From Octopus vulgaris (Eukaryota), in assembly GCA_951406725.2 (NCBI GenBank), contig OX597831.1:43276001-43340000 (forward strand): a DNA stretch of 64,000 nt, in the 5' to 3' direction. Positions 38,925 through 51,724 of the stretch are shown in pieces. Position numbers and translations under genes: made by a program. Below the pieces are notes generated by a model that was not told the DNA's origin, did no database searches, and saw only the letters and a program-made list of their open reading frames with translations. Within the stretch, counting starts at the first letter, position 1; every line of letters begins with the position of its first letter.

Positions 38925-39423
38925 CTTTATCTTCCTACTACTGTATAAGTGTCTCCAAGAGATTTTGAAATGCAATATTTCTATCTTTGAAATGAAATAT
39001 AGCTAATCATATCTTTGTACATGAAGATTCTCGGTCATCATTTCACTATGGACATATCTTACTCTTAATAAATACGGTGAAATGTCTTACGACTACGTAA
39101 GGTCTCTGGCTATGCTCATTATATTGATCAACAGGTGAGGGACAGCACATGTTACGACACCTATTCACGAAGTGGTTTAGTGAAGCTGCAGACGGCCCTT
39201 GATATATCGGAATCGTTGAAAGACATCGAATCATTTACCGCTGTAAACTCAACGCATTTCCACACCTAACACATCGACTCTAACCACATAAACTCTACCA
39301 TCAATAAACTTTGTTCCGTAATATATGCAAACGCACCGCCTTAGTCATCATCCTACTACAGCAATCAACGTTATCATTTTGTCCCACGAACGTCTAGCAA
39401 TTGTGTTCCCTCTCCCACGCCTA

Positions 39424-39899
39424 TGTAGTGACGCTATCCAACAGCGCGTGCGCGCAACGCTCTTTCGCGCATACGCGAAGACCGTAAGAGGGAATTTGCT
39501 GATGTGGCGTTAGCTGATTAGGCGAAGGGAGCGTGAACCTTAAAAAGACAGAGAGAGATATAGCAGCAGTCAGCAGTAAGCAGGGACTTCAGGCACAGCG
39601 ATCGAAGGTTGCAGACCGTATTTCTCTTCGCTCCCTAGGACGCCATTATGACCAGTTCTGTTTGCAGTTGAACTTGTGAAATCTTACAGCGTTAAAGTTC
39701 AGCCTTGCACATCCAGAACCAAGGGATACCAGATACACCACTTATTTCGTTCTGTGGATAAGACGATAAAGAGTATATATATTTTTACGTTTGCGTCTTG
39801 TGTTTTCTGACTGGTAGAATCTGGAAAGTAAAGCAACGGAAATTGTGATTGCACCAGTTGCACCCTAAAAGGTGCAAGAAGCAACCTATTCCCGTTACA
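39424..39899. mobile_element. Solo LTR (476 bp, TG...CA, 4-bp TSD CCTA; Gypsy-like)
   Basis: CCTA|TGTAGTG...CGTTACA|CCTA; empty site ACG-CCTA-TATATCT at 43421-43434. Confidence 0.85.
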
Positions 39900-40379
39900 C
39901 CTATATATCTCACACAAAAGCTTTTCCCACTGTTTCCATATACATCTCTTACAGCGAAATCGTTTCTGAATGCCTCTAGTGGATTTCCATGCTCTAGTTA
40001 CCGGTCGTATCGCATCAGATATACATGACACCAGAAAAAACTTTTCATCTAATTCAAGCGTAGACCATGCAAAATGCTGGCTCATTAAATTCCAAGTCTG
40101 TTCATATTTTCAACTTCGGCCCCGTGAGGTTTGTGTGCCCTCCCAGATTCTTTCTGGATTTTTTTCACTACATTGCATTTCAACCACCATATCCTCCGTC
40201 ACATCGCTGAAGTTTCCCTGAACCATCTCGCCACCGATAAGATTTTCTAGTCTTGCTTTTGAGTTCGTGACACGCTATAGGGTTAACTAACTGTACAAAT
40301 ACTTCCCCGTGAAAAAAAGAACCACTTTGTTATGCAAATATTTTCCTTTGAAATTCCATAGAACTTTCAGAATTTAGAT

Positions 40380-40650
40380 CTTGTGTACAGCTTTTGGAAT
40401 ATCTCTCATCAAGCTCCATCAGTAATCTGCCATCATGTTTGAGTCGATCGCCCTTGGTAGCGTTTTTCCATTACTTTTACATCTTGATGAAAGTGTTCAC
40501 CTTGTTCTTTGCTAACACCACCCAAGTTGTCTGGAAACTCACTCGAGTGATTGTCTACGTAAGGCAGTTTATGCGCATTCTACATCCAAGTGCTTGCAAA
40601 CTCAGGAGCAGCTCATCCACAATCACTTAATATTTGCCAGCTTTCGGTTT
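40380..40650 (-). mobile_element. Chapaev3-like C-terminal fragment (inverted homolog of 15887-16175)
   Basis: Reverse-complement match; further copies at about 44075-44355 and 54760-55030. Confidence 0.6.
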
Positions 40651-40795
40651 CTAAGAAAATTCCGCACCAAATGAGAGACAGCATTCCAAGACATTGTAGA
40701 ACTTTAGAAGGGCTAAAATGACACATTCGATCACAGCACCGATAACAGTTAAATCTCGTGCAATGTCCATACTAGATAACGAGGGGGCAGCCATC

Positions 40796-41905
40796 ATGTA
40801 TGTATGTATGTATGTATGTATGTATGTATGTATGTATGTATGTATGTATGTATGTATGTATGTATGTATGTGTGTAGGCATATATGTATGTATGTATGTA
40901 TGTGTGTATGCATGCAAGCATTTAGGTAGGCATGTATGTATATAATTATAAATGGGCATTCCTATATATATGTGCAAACATCGAAACTGTTTCCATATAA
41001 CTTCCAGAAAAAGTGATGTTTCTTGATGAAATGTTCTACAAATACGCTCCAGATGATGTACATTCCTATTATGAAAGAATTTCTTTTCAAACCATTCTCA
41101 GTTGCTGGGAAGAAGTGCTTCGGAAAATTCACTCCGGTTGGCTTTGTTGTCTTACGACTGTCAGAAAATTTGGAATAATCTAATGAAATTTTCTGTAAAC
41201 AGTTTTAAGAATGAGTAACTTACGATTATTTTAGAATTTGATGTGAAAGAAATGAAAAAAAATTTAATTCACGCGTATACTGGCATTTTTTCCCCCGAAA
41301 TTTCATGTTTCATTATGTAGATACATGTGATGTGTGTTAGTACGTGTGTTCATGAGTCTGCCAAATTTATTTTTTCATGTAGAATCCGGTAGAAACGACT
41401 TTTTTCTATGACAGGACCTTTTCCGAACCTCTTCACCCAAAACACGCAAAAAAACTCCCTATACGATATTTTGTTATGATCAGAGTGTACAACTACCCGA
41501 AGCATATTTGAAGAAAATTTCATTTAAAAATATCCATTTTCTGGAAGTTATGATGCAACAAAGTTGGTGGCGGAGGCATGTGCGGTAATACATACGTATG
41601 TATGTATGTATGTATGTATGTATGTATGTATGTATGTATGTATGTATGTATGTATATGTATGTATGTATGTATGTATGTGCATGTATGTATGTATGTATG
41701 TATGTATGTATGTATGTATGTATGTATGCATGCATGCATGCATGTTTGTTTGTATGTATGTATGTATGTATGTATGTATGTATGTATGTATGTATGTATG
41801 TACGTACGTATGTATTTGTATGGGTTCGTATGTATGTATATATGTTTATATGTGTATATGTATGTATGTATGTATATGTATGTACATACCCATGTATGTA
41901 TACAT
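40796..41905. repeat. (TATG)n compound microsatellites (40796-40915, 41596-41905); paralogous tracts at 44500-44760, 45455-45900, 46600-46935, 55178-55310, 55994-56270
   Basis: Direct reading. Confidence 0.9.
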
Positions 41906-41950
41906 GCAATCATGTAGATAATCAGGTATTTACGCAAGTATATATATATA

Positions 41951-43175
41951 GTGTAATAAATAAAATATATGCATACATACAAACATATATGTACGTACCT
42001 ACATCTACATGTATATATACATGCATATATAAATATATATACGTGTGTACAGGACACCACAAATAGACGTAGAACTCAACGAGAAACGAAAAAGTAAAAA
42101 CAGCATGGAACGGACCATTTTTTTAACAACGAAAAAACAGAGTACAAGACAACTACACAAGGAAAAATCCCCTTCATCAGCTGTCCCTAGTTCGACTCTA
42201 GCGTGTTTCGAAATTGAGGACAGAACACGTCCCGTCGAATTAATCCTTCCTGCGAAAGAATTAAATAAAATTCCTTTGCAGAGGGGTAAAAACAACGTGT
42301 TCTGTCCTCACCTTCGAAACACGCTGGAGTTGAACTAGGGACAGCTGATGAAGGGGATTTTTCCTTATGTAGTTGTCTTGTACTCTGTTTTATCGTTGTT
42401 AAAAAAATGGTCCGTTCCATGCTGTTTTTACTTTTTCGTTTCTCGTTGAGTTCTACGTCTATTTGTGGTGTCCTATACACACGTATATATATATTTATAT
42501 ATGCATGTATATATACATGTAGATGTAGGTACGTACATATATGTTTGTATGTATGCATATATTTTATTTATTACGCTATTGTATGACTGAGCGCCCTCGC
42601 GTCGATTCGATCCGATTCGTTTCGTTTCTTCTTCTTCTCTAAGCTGGTTTTTATATATAATTATGACGCGAAACTCTATAACTCCTTCTTTCACCCTCTT
42701 TGGCTTCCTTCCTCTCTATCTCTCTCTCTCTCACAGTCGGGTCGACGAACTTCCTTTCGCTGGCGGCCTTCTTCAAGTAAACATGATTCTTCCTGCGCTC
42801 GTGAAAAAATTTTTTCGTCGTCTAGGCTTATAGGCCCTCATTATTTGTTTTCCTGTCCTGTTTCTATTCCTTCTTGTACTGTATTTTTGTAATTGTATTT
42901 TTATTTTGTATTTGTTTTTAATTGTATTGTTTATACGTCCTGTTTTTGTCACATTTTTTTCCTTGTTTTTACCCCTCTGCAAAGGAATTTTATTTAATTC
43001 TTTCGCAGGAAGGACTAGGTCGACGGGACGTGTTCTGTCCTCACCTTCGAAACACGCTGGAGTTGAACTAGGGACAGCTGATGAAGGGGATTTTTCCTTG
43101 TGTAGTTGACTTGTACTCTGTGTTTTCGTTGTTAAAAAAATGGTCCGTTCCATGGTGTTTTTACTTTTTCGTTTC
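41951..43175 (+). mobile_element. Non-autonomous Penelope-like/retrozyme-like element with fold-back 5' end, truncated copy
   Basis: Inverted arms 41951-42230 and 42295-42576; direct repeat with period 733; CTGATGA and GAAAC cores; inserted in (TA)n. Confidence 0.65.
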
Positions 43176-45796
43176 ACGAAGTGGTTTAGCTGCGGACGGC
43201 CCTTGATATATCGGAATCGTTGAAAGACATCGAACCATTTACCGCTCTAAACTCAACGCATTTCCACACCTAACACATCGACTCTAACCACATAAACTCT
43301 ACCATCAATAAACTGTGTTCCGTAATATATGCAAACACACCACCACAGTCATCATCCTACTACAGCAATCAACGTTATCATTTTGACCCACGAACGTCTA
43401 GCACTTGTGTTCCCTCTCCCACGCCTATATATCTAACACAAAAGCTTTTCCCACTGTCTCCGTATACATCTCTTTCAGCGAAATCGTTTCCGAATGCATC
43501 TAATGGATTTCCATGCTCTAGTTACCGGTCGTATCGCATCAGATATACATGACACCAGAAAAAAACCTTTTATCTAATTCAAGCGTAGACCATGCAAAAT
43601 GCTGGCTCAATAAATTCCAAGTCTGTTCATATTTTCAACTTTGGTCCCGTGAGGTTGTGTGCCCTCAAATTCTTTCTGGATTTTTTCACTACATCGCATT
43701 TCAACCACCATATCCTCCGTCAACACTTTGAAGTTTCCCTGAACCTTCTCGCCACCAGAGAAACATTCTAGGCTTTCTTTTGATTTCGCGGCTCACAATA
43801 GGGCTATTTTACTGTACAAACACTTCCCCATCGAAAAGAAAACCACTTTGCTATACAAATATTTTCCTTTCAAATTGCAATTCAACCACCATATCCTCCT
43901 TCACATCGCTGAAGTTTCCCTGAACCTTCCCGCCACCGATAAGATTTTCTAGTCTTGCTTTTGAGTTCGTGGCTCGCTATAGGGTTAACTAACTGTACAA
44001 ATACTTCCCCGTGAAAAAGAGCACCACTTTGTTATACAAATATTTTCCTTTGAAATTCCATAGAATTTTCAGAATTTAGATCTTGTGTACAATTCTGGAA
44101 TATCTCTCATCAAGCTCGATCGGTAATCTGCCATCATGTTTGAGTCCGATTGGCCTTGGTAGCTTTCTTCCATTACTTTTACATCTTGATGAAAGTGTTC
44201 ACCTTGTTCTTTGCTAACACCACCCAGGTTGTCTGGAAACTCACTCGAGCGATTGTCTAAGTAGGGCAGTTTATGCGCATTCTACATCCAAGTGCTTGCA
44301 AACTCAGGAGCAGCTCCTCCACAATCTCTTGATAGTTGCCAGCTTTCCTGTTTCTATGGACGTTCCGCACCAAATGAGAGACAGCATTCCAAGACATCGT
44401 AGAACTTTAGATGGGCTAAAATGACACATTCGATCACAGCACCGATAACAGTTAAACCTCGTGCAATGTCCATACTAGATAACGAGGGGGCAGCCATCAT
44501 GTATGTATGATTGTATGTATTTATGTATGTATGTATGTATGTATGTATGTATATATGTATATATGTATGTATGTATGTATGTGTGTGTAGGCATGTATGT
44601 ATGTATGTATGTATGTATGTATGTGTGTAGGCATGTATGTATGTATGTATGTATGTGTGTAGGCATGTATGTATGTATGTATGTATGTATGTATGTATGT
44701 ATGTATGTATGTATGTATGTATGCATGTATGTATGTATGTATGTATGTATGTATGTATGCAAGCATGTAGGTAGGCATGTATGTATATAATTATAAATGG
44801 GCATTCCTACATATATGTGCAAACATCGAAACTGTTTCTATATAACTTCCAGAAAAAGTGATGTTTCTTGACGAAATGTTCTACAAATACGCTCCAGATG
44901 ATGTACATTCCCATTATGGAAAAATTTCTTTTCAAACCATTCTCAGTTGCTGGGAAGAAGTGTTTCGGAAAATTCACTCCGGTTGGCTTTGTTGTCTTTT
45001 GACTGTCAGAAAATTTGGAATAATCTAATGAAATTTTCTGTAAACAGTTTTAAGAATGAGTAACTTACGATTATTTTAGAATTTGATGTGAAAGAAAAGA
45101 AAAAAATTTTAGTTCACACGTATACTGGCATTTCTTTTTTTCGAAATTTTATGTTTCATTATGTAGATACATGTGACGTGTGTTAGTACGTGTGTTTATG
45201 AGCCTGCAAAATATATTTTTTCATGTAGAATCCGGTAGAACCTACTAATTTCCCTGACAGGTCTTTTTCCGAAACTCTTCCCCCAACACACGCCAAAAAA
45301 AAAAAGAAGAACTCCCTATACAATATTTCGATATGATCAGAATGTACAACTATCCGAAGCATATTTGAAGAAAATTTCATTTCAAAATATCCATTTTCTG
45401 GAAGTTATGAAGCAACGAAGTTAGTTGCGGTTGCATGTGCAGTAATACTGTACGTATGTATGTGTGTATGTATGTATGTATGTATGTATGTATGTATGTA
45501 TGTATGTATGTATGTATGTATGTATGTATGTATGTATGCATGCATGCATGCATGTATGTATGTTTGTATGTATGTATGTATGTATGTATGTATGTATGTA
45601 TGTATGCATGCATGTATGTATGTATGTATGTATGCCTATCTGTATGTTTGTGTATGTATGTATGTATGTATGCATGCATGTATGTATGTATGTATGTATG
45701 CCTATCTGTATGTATGTTTGTGTATGTATGTATGTATGTATGTACATATGTATTCGTGTGGGTTCGTATGTATATATGCAAATATGTTTATATGTG

Positions 45797-45828
<32 letters not shown>

Positions 45829-46670
45829 TGTATGTGTGTGTGTGTGTGTGTGTGTAGGCATGTATGTATGTATGTATGTATGCATGTATGTATGTATGCA
45901 TGGAAGCATGCAGGTATGCATGTATGTATATAATTATAAATGGGCATTCCTACATATATGTGCAAACATCGAAACTGTTTCCATATAACTTCCAGAAAAA
46001 GTGATGTTTCTTGATGAAATGTTCTACAAATACGCTCCAGATGATGTACATTCCAATTATGAAAGAATTTCTTTTCAAAACATTCAGTTGCTGGGAAGAA
46101 GTGCTTCGGAAAATTCACTCCGGTTGGCTTTGTTGTCTTACGACTGTCAGAAAATTTGGAATAATCTAATGAAATTTTCTGTAAACAGTTTTAAGAATGA
46201 GTAAATTACGATTATTTTAGAATTTGATGTGAAAGAAAGAAAAAAATTTTAGTTCACACGTATACTGGCATTTTCCCCCCGAAATTTCACGTTTCATTAT
46301 GTAGATACATGTGATGTGTGTTAGTACGTGTGTTCATGAGTCTGCCAAATTTATTTTTTCATGTAGAATCCGGTAGAAACTACTTATTTCCATGACAGGA
46401 CTTTTTCCGAACCTCTTCACCCAAAACACGCAAAAAAAAAATCCCTATACAATATTTCGTTATGATCAGAGTGTACAACTATCCGAAGCATGTTTGAAGA
46501 AAATTTCATTTAAAAATATCAATTTTCTGGAAGTTATGTTGCAACGACGTTGGTGGCGGTTGAATGTGCGGTAATACTGTACGTACGGTAATACATACGT
46601 ATGTATGTATGTATGTATGTATGTATGTATGTATGTATGTATGTATGTATGTATGTATGCATGCATGCAA

Positions 46671-46701
<31 letters not shown>

Positions 46702-46877
46702 TGCATGCATGCATGCATGCATGTATGTATGTATGTATGTATGTATGTATGTATGCATGTATGTATTTGTATGGGCTCGTATGTATGTATATATGTTTAT
46801 ATGTGTATATGTATGTATGTATGTACGTACGTATGTATTTGTATGGGTTCGTATGTATGTATATATGTTTATATGTG

Positions 46878-46908
<31 letters not shown>

Positions 46909-49477
46909 TTGTATATGTATGTACATACCCATGTATGTATACATGCAATCATGTAGGTAGTCAGGTATTTACGCAAGTATATATATATATATATATGGGC
47001 TTTGCCACATACGTGTGCATCCATTGAATCTGAAGTGAACCTTGCATGCATGAAGTGGATTCGATCCACCACAGCCAAATTTAAAATAACACTGCAACAG
47101 AACTTTTTCCAGGATGGAACAATGGTTTTCCTCTGACAGCAGTTTTACATTTCCAGATGCCTTTAGCTAGACCGAAATAATGTCTTCACTACTTGTCTCT
47201 TTCTAACCTCTTCTACTTCACCAAAAGCTAGAATAAGAGATAACAAGACTACCAACTAAATCTACTGTTCTCAATGATATATCTGGCCTTCTGGATCTTT
47301 ATATAAGCAAACACACCCCAAGCAATAATCAGTTAGTCACCAGTCGGTGACAAACTCAGTCAGAACGTAGTCTGGCTGACCAGCTAAAACCTTGGTCAGA
47401 GGGAGAAATGAAGTTCACTGTCAGCAACATCACACACCCGACAATTCTCACTAGCTCTAATTCTGTTTTCTTACAACATCATTCTATCTGTCTCCGCAAT
47501 TACTACTAAACAATGAAGAGGACACAAACACAAACTTTACATCGCATGCTTTTGGATTTATCATAAACTGCCCTTCGCGGCAAGGTATTTGTAACGTAAC
47601 GGTAAATAAATATTTCCTTAAAATTTCATGAATTGTCTATCTTTCACATCCTACAGTAAACAATTATAACAACAAAAACTTTATCGCTACAACTGCGGAC
47701 TCCCACATCATCTTAATAACGTTGTTTACCAAATATATTTATCCAGTTACAATTGGTAACCACACCAAAGTAAAATTCAACCGTTACAAATCCATTACCA
47801 TTTAGTTGCCAGAAAAAGTGATATTTCTTATTGCAATTTTCTACAAATACGCCTCAGATGATGTATATTGTAATGATGATGGAATTTCTTGAGAAACCTT
47901 TTGTCTGTCGGTAGGAAGAAGTGCTTCGGAAAATACACACGTGTTGGTTTTGTTTTCTCATAACTTTCAGAAAAACTGGAATTTTTCAATGAAATTTTCT
48001 GCAAATACTTTTAACAGTGTGTAAATTACGATTATATTAGAATTTGATGTGGAAAAAAATTGAGAGCACACCCATATACTGGCACACATCTTTTTTTTTC
48101 TCTTGAAATTTCAGGTTTCATTATGAAGACGTAAGTGACGTGTGTCAGTACTTGTGTTTATGGACCTACCAAATTTATTTTCTCATGTTAATATCCGGTA
48201 TAATCGCAATCTACAAACTCCAAAATATATCTATAGAACCTTTCTTACAAAATTACTTATTTCCCTGACAGTTAAGAATTCAGAAATCCGCCTCGTTTGA
48301 ATTTTCCGAAACACATCCACCCAACTCTGGCAAAGAAAATCTTTCACTATACAATATTTCGGTATCATCAGAACCTACATCTGAAGCATATTTGTAGAAA
48401 ATTTATGCGATATATGTGTATCCGAACTCTATGTAAAACATTCTTTATCAAAGAATAAATATTCAAATGTATCATTCCTTCTTTGAAGACAACAAATGAT
48501 GGCTTCCGGCAGCTTTTGACTGCTATTTCTAGCGAGTATGGTGATGTTCACGTCGTCGATAGTTTAAAAGTCCCGAAATGAAAATGCGAATTTGTTTGTT
48601 CTAGTTGTAATTCCGGCAAAAAACATAAACAGAGTGCAACACAAAATATTTCAAACCGAGGAAACTATGAGAGCAAAAATAAAAGTTGTTAGAAGCGATA
48701 TACTAAATGGTAAGAGAACGTGAAAGGTGGTGTTCATTATTTCGTATGAGAGCAATATTCATTCATCAATCACAGCTACACATGTACGTCTAACTTATTC
48801 AATGATATTAGAAAGCAAACATAGTAAACGTGGATGTGAAAATAAATACAAATCTTTGATTATTCGTTTCATTCCGAGTTACAAGCACTACATTCTGACT
48901 CTCATCATCAGGAACGAATTGAAAGCAGCTATACTTCCCTGGGTAACCAGCGACGCTATTCTTAACCAATTACTATAGAAATGCATTTGCTTTTTCTATG
49001 TGTATTTTGTTCGAGGACACACTTGTGCGTTATATGACAATCTGAACCCATTGTGAAAAATTTTGTATCAAGGTATAAATATTCAAATGTGACATTTCTT
49101 TGTTTAAAGCCAAAACAAAACTTTCGGCAAATTTTGACTGCCGTTTCTAGCAAGTGCAGTGATATTCGCGTCGTCGCCCTTTTTATGAGATCGTAAATGA
49201 ATTGCGAATTTGTGGCTATTGTTGCATTTCAGTCTTAAAACATAAATATTGTGCAACACAAAATATTTCAAACCAAGAAAACTATCAAAACAACGATAAA
49301 AGTTGCGAGAAGCGATATACGATGACGGGAAAAGAACGTGAACGACGGTGTTTATTATTTGGTACGACGGCAATATTCATCCATGAAACAGAGTTGTTCT
49401 ACTAAAGAACACAAATTATGAGCAAATATCATATACAAATCCACTTCTATATGTAAAATAAGCTAATGGAATTAAAA

Positions 49478-49630
49478 GGAAACTTCTGGAACGTTCCAGA
49501 AACTTGTGGCACCTGGTAGAACAATATCGAAATGCCTCGTAAACTCTGGTAATGACGTCACAGTGGGAAGGGGCGTTACTCTCCACTATATATACAGCAT
49601 TGCTCACACAGCTTGTCAATCAGATTCTAC
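49478..49630 (+). promoter_or_regulatory. Hsp70 copy 5 promoter: 5-unit HSE 49478-49502, CRE 49553-49560, TATA 49587-49594
   Basis: gGAAa cTTCt gGAAc gTTCc aGAAa. Confidence 0.9.
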
Positions 49631-49852
49631 AGAAGCACGACTGTAAACAACTCGAGACAAGAGTCTCAGCTGCGAAACATTTATTTCAGTTATACATACA
49701 TTGAAGCAACACTCATTCACATATAATACATTCATATATTCTACTGACACAACTGAAATACAAAGTAAGACGAGCAAGAGATAAAGAAGAAGGAAAGAAT
49801 TTCTCAAGTTTTATACTGGACATTTTGAACGAACAATAGAAAAAGAAGAAGA

Positions 49853-51724
49853 ATGGTAAAAGCACCTGCTATCGGAATCGATCTGGGAACAACCTATTCT
49901 TGTGTAGGTGTGTTTCAACACGGTAAAGTGGAAATTATTGCCAACGATCAGGGAAACAGGACAACACCAAGCTATGTGGCTTTCTCCAATGCCGAAAGGC
50001 TGGTGGGTGATGCAGCGAAAAACCAAGCGGCCCTCAACCCTGAGAACACGGTGTTCGATGCTAAACGTTTAATTGGACGTCACTTTAACGATACGTCCGT
50101 ACAAAGCGACATGAAATATTGGCCATTCCGAGTGGTGAACACAAACGGTAATAAAGCACATGTACAAGTGGAGTACAAGGGAGAGCAAAAACAGTTCTCG
50201 GCCGAAGAGATTAGCTCGATGGTATTGAGTAAAATGAAGGAGACAGCCGAGTCGTACTTGGGCTGTAAAGTGAAAGACGCAGTAGTAACGGTGCCAGCTT
50301 ACTTTAACGACTCTCAGAGACAGGCGACGAAAGATGCAGCTAGTATAGCTGGTTTGAATGTGTTGAGAATTGTCAACGAACCAACGGCCGCCGCACTTGC
50401 CTACGGTCTCGAGAAAAACTTATCTGGTGAGAAGAACGTTCTGATCTTCGACTTGGGCGGTGGTACATTCGATGTTTCCATCCTCACAATCGACCAAGGA
50501 TCTCTTTTCGAGGTGAAAGCTACAGCTGGCGACACACATCTCGGAGGAGAAGACTTCGACAACCGGCTCGTTGACTACTTTGTCGAAGGAATTCAAGCGT
50601 AAACACAAGAAAATCTGAAACAAAGCCCACGCTCTATCAGACGTCTGCGTACTGCATGTGAACGGGCAAAACGAACCCTATCAAGCAGTTCAGAAGCTTC
50701 TGTAGAGCTGGATTCTCTGTATGAAGGCATTGATTTTTACTCGAAGATTACCAGAGCACGCTTCGAGGATCTTTGCAGTGACCTCTTCCGATCGACTCTA
50801 GAACCAGTTGAGAAAGCTCTGCGAGACGCCAAACTCGATAAATCCCGCATCGACGACATCGTGTTGGTCGGTGGATCGACACGCATTCCCAAGATCCAGA
50901 AATTACTTGCCGACTTCATGCAAGGAAAGACCATCAACAAATCCATCAACCCAGACGAAGCTGTCGCCTACGGAGCTGCCGTACAAGCTGCTGTTCTGTC
51001 TGGAGACGCGAGCGATTGCATCAAAGACGTACTACTTGTAGATGTAGCACCGTTATCTCTTGGAATCGAAACGGCTGGTGGTGTGATGACCAAACTTATC
51101 GAGCGTAACAGCAGAATACCGTGTAAGGCATCTAACGTATTCACTACGTATTCAGATAACCAGCCGGCTGTTTCTATTCAGGTATTCGAAGGAGAAAGAG
51201 CAATGACAAAAGACAACAACTGCCTCGGACGTTTCGACTTGACTGGCATTCCACCAGCTCCCAGAGGCGTACCTCAAATAGAAGTCTCCTTCGATATGGA
51301 TGCCAATGGAATACTCAACGTTTCTGTTGTCGACAAAAGCACCGGCAAAAGCAACAAAATTACCATCACCAACGACAAAGGTCGTTTGAGCAAAGAGGAA
51401 ATCGAAAGAATGCTCAACGAAGCTAAACAATACGAGGCAGAAGACGAAAAGCAACGCCAACGTGTTGCAGCTAGAAACCAGTTGGAGCATTACATATTCA
51501 GTGTGAAACAAGCAGTCAATGAAGATAACGGCAAACTGTCCGAGCAAGATAAGAAGCAAGCAGTGGAAATGTGTGACCAAACATTACAGTGGATAGACAA
51601 CAACAGTCTAGCAGACACAGACGAATTTACCTACAGACTTCAGGAAGCACAGAAAATTTGCTCTCCTATCATGTCCAAACTACACACATCGTCGTCTTCT
51701 AACAATAATCATTGCACATCATAA
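49853..51724 (+). pseudogene. hsp70: Hsp70 copy 5 with a compensating +1/-1 indel pair creating a stop at 50600-50602 (pseudogene or sequence error); also EEMD-less
   Basis: GAAGGAATTC versus GAAGAATTC (extra G near 50589) and AAGAAAATCTG versus AAGAAAAATCTG (near 50612); total span 1872 bp, equal to copies 4 and 6. Confidence 0.75.

Noticed and set aside
42005-43177. Repeated MYRTPQIDVELNEK... ORFs on both strands
   Set aside because: Product of the inverted and direct repeats of the non-coding element; no recognisable domain
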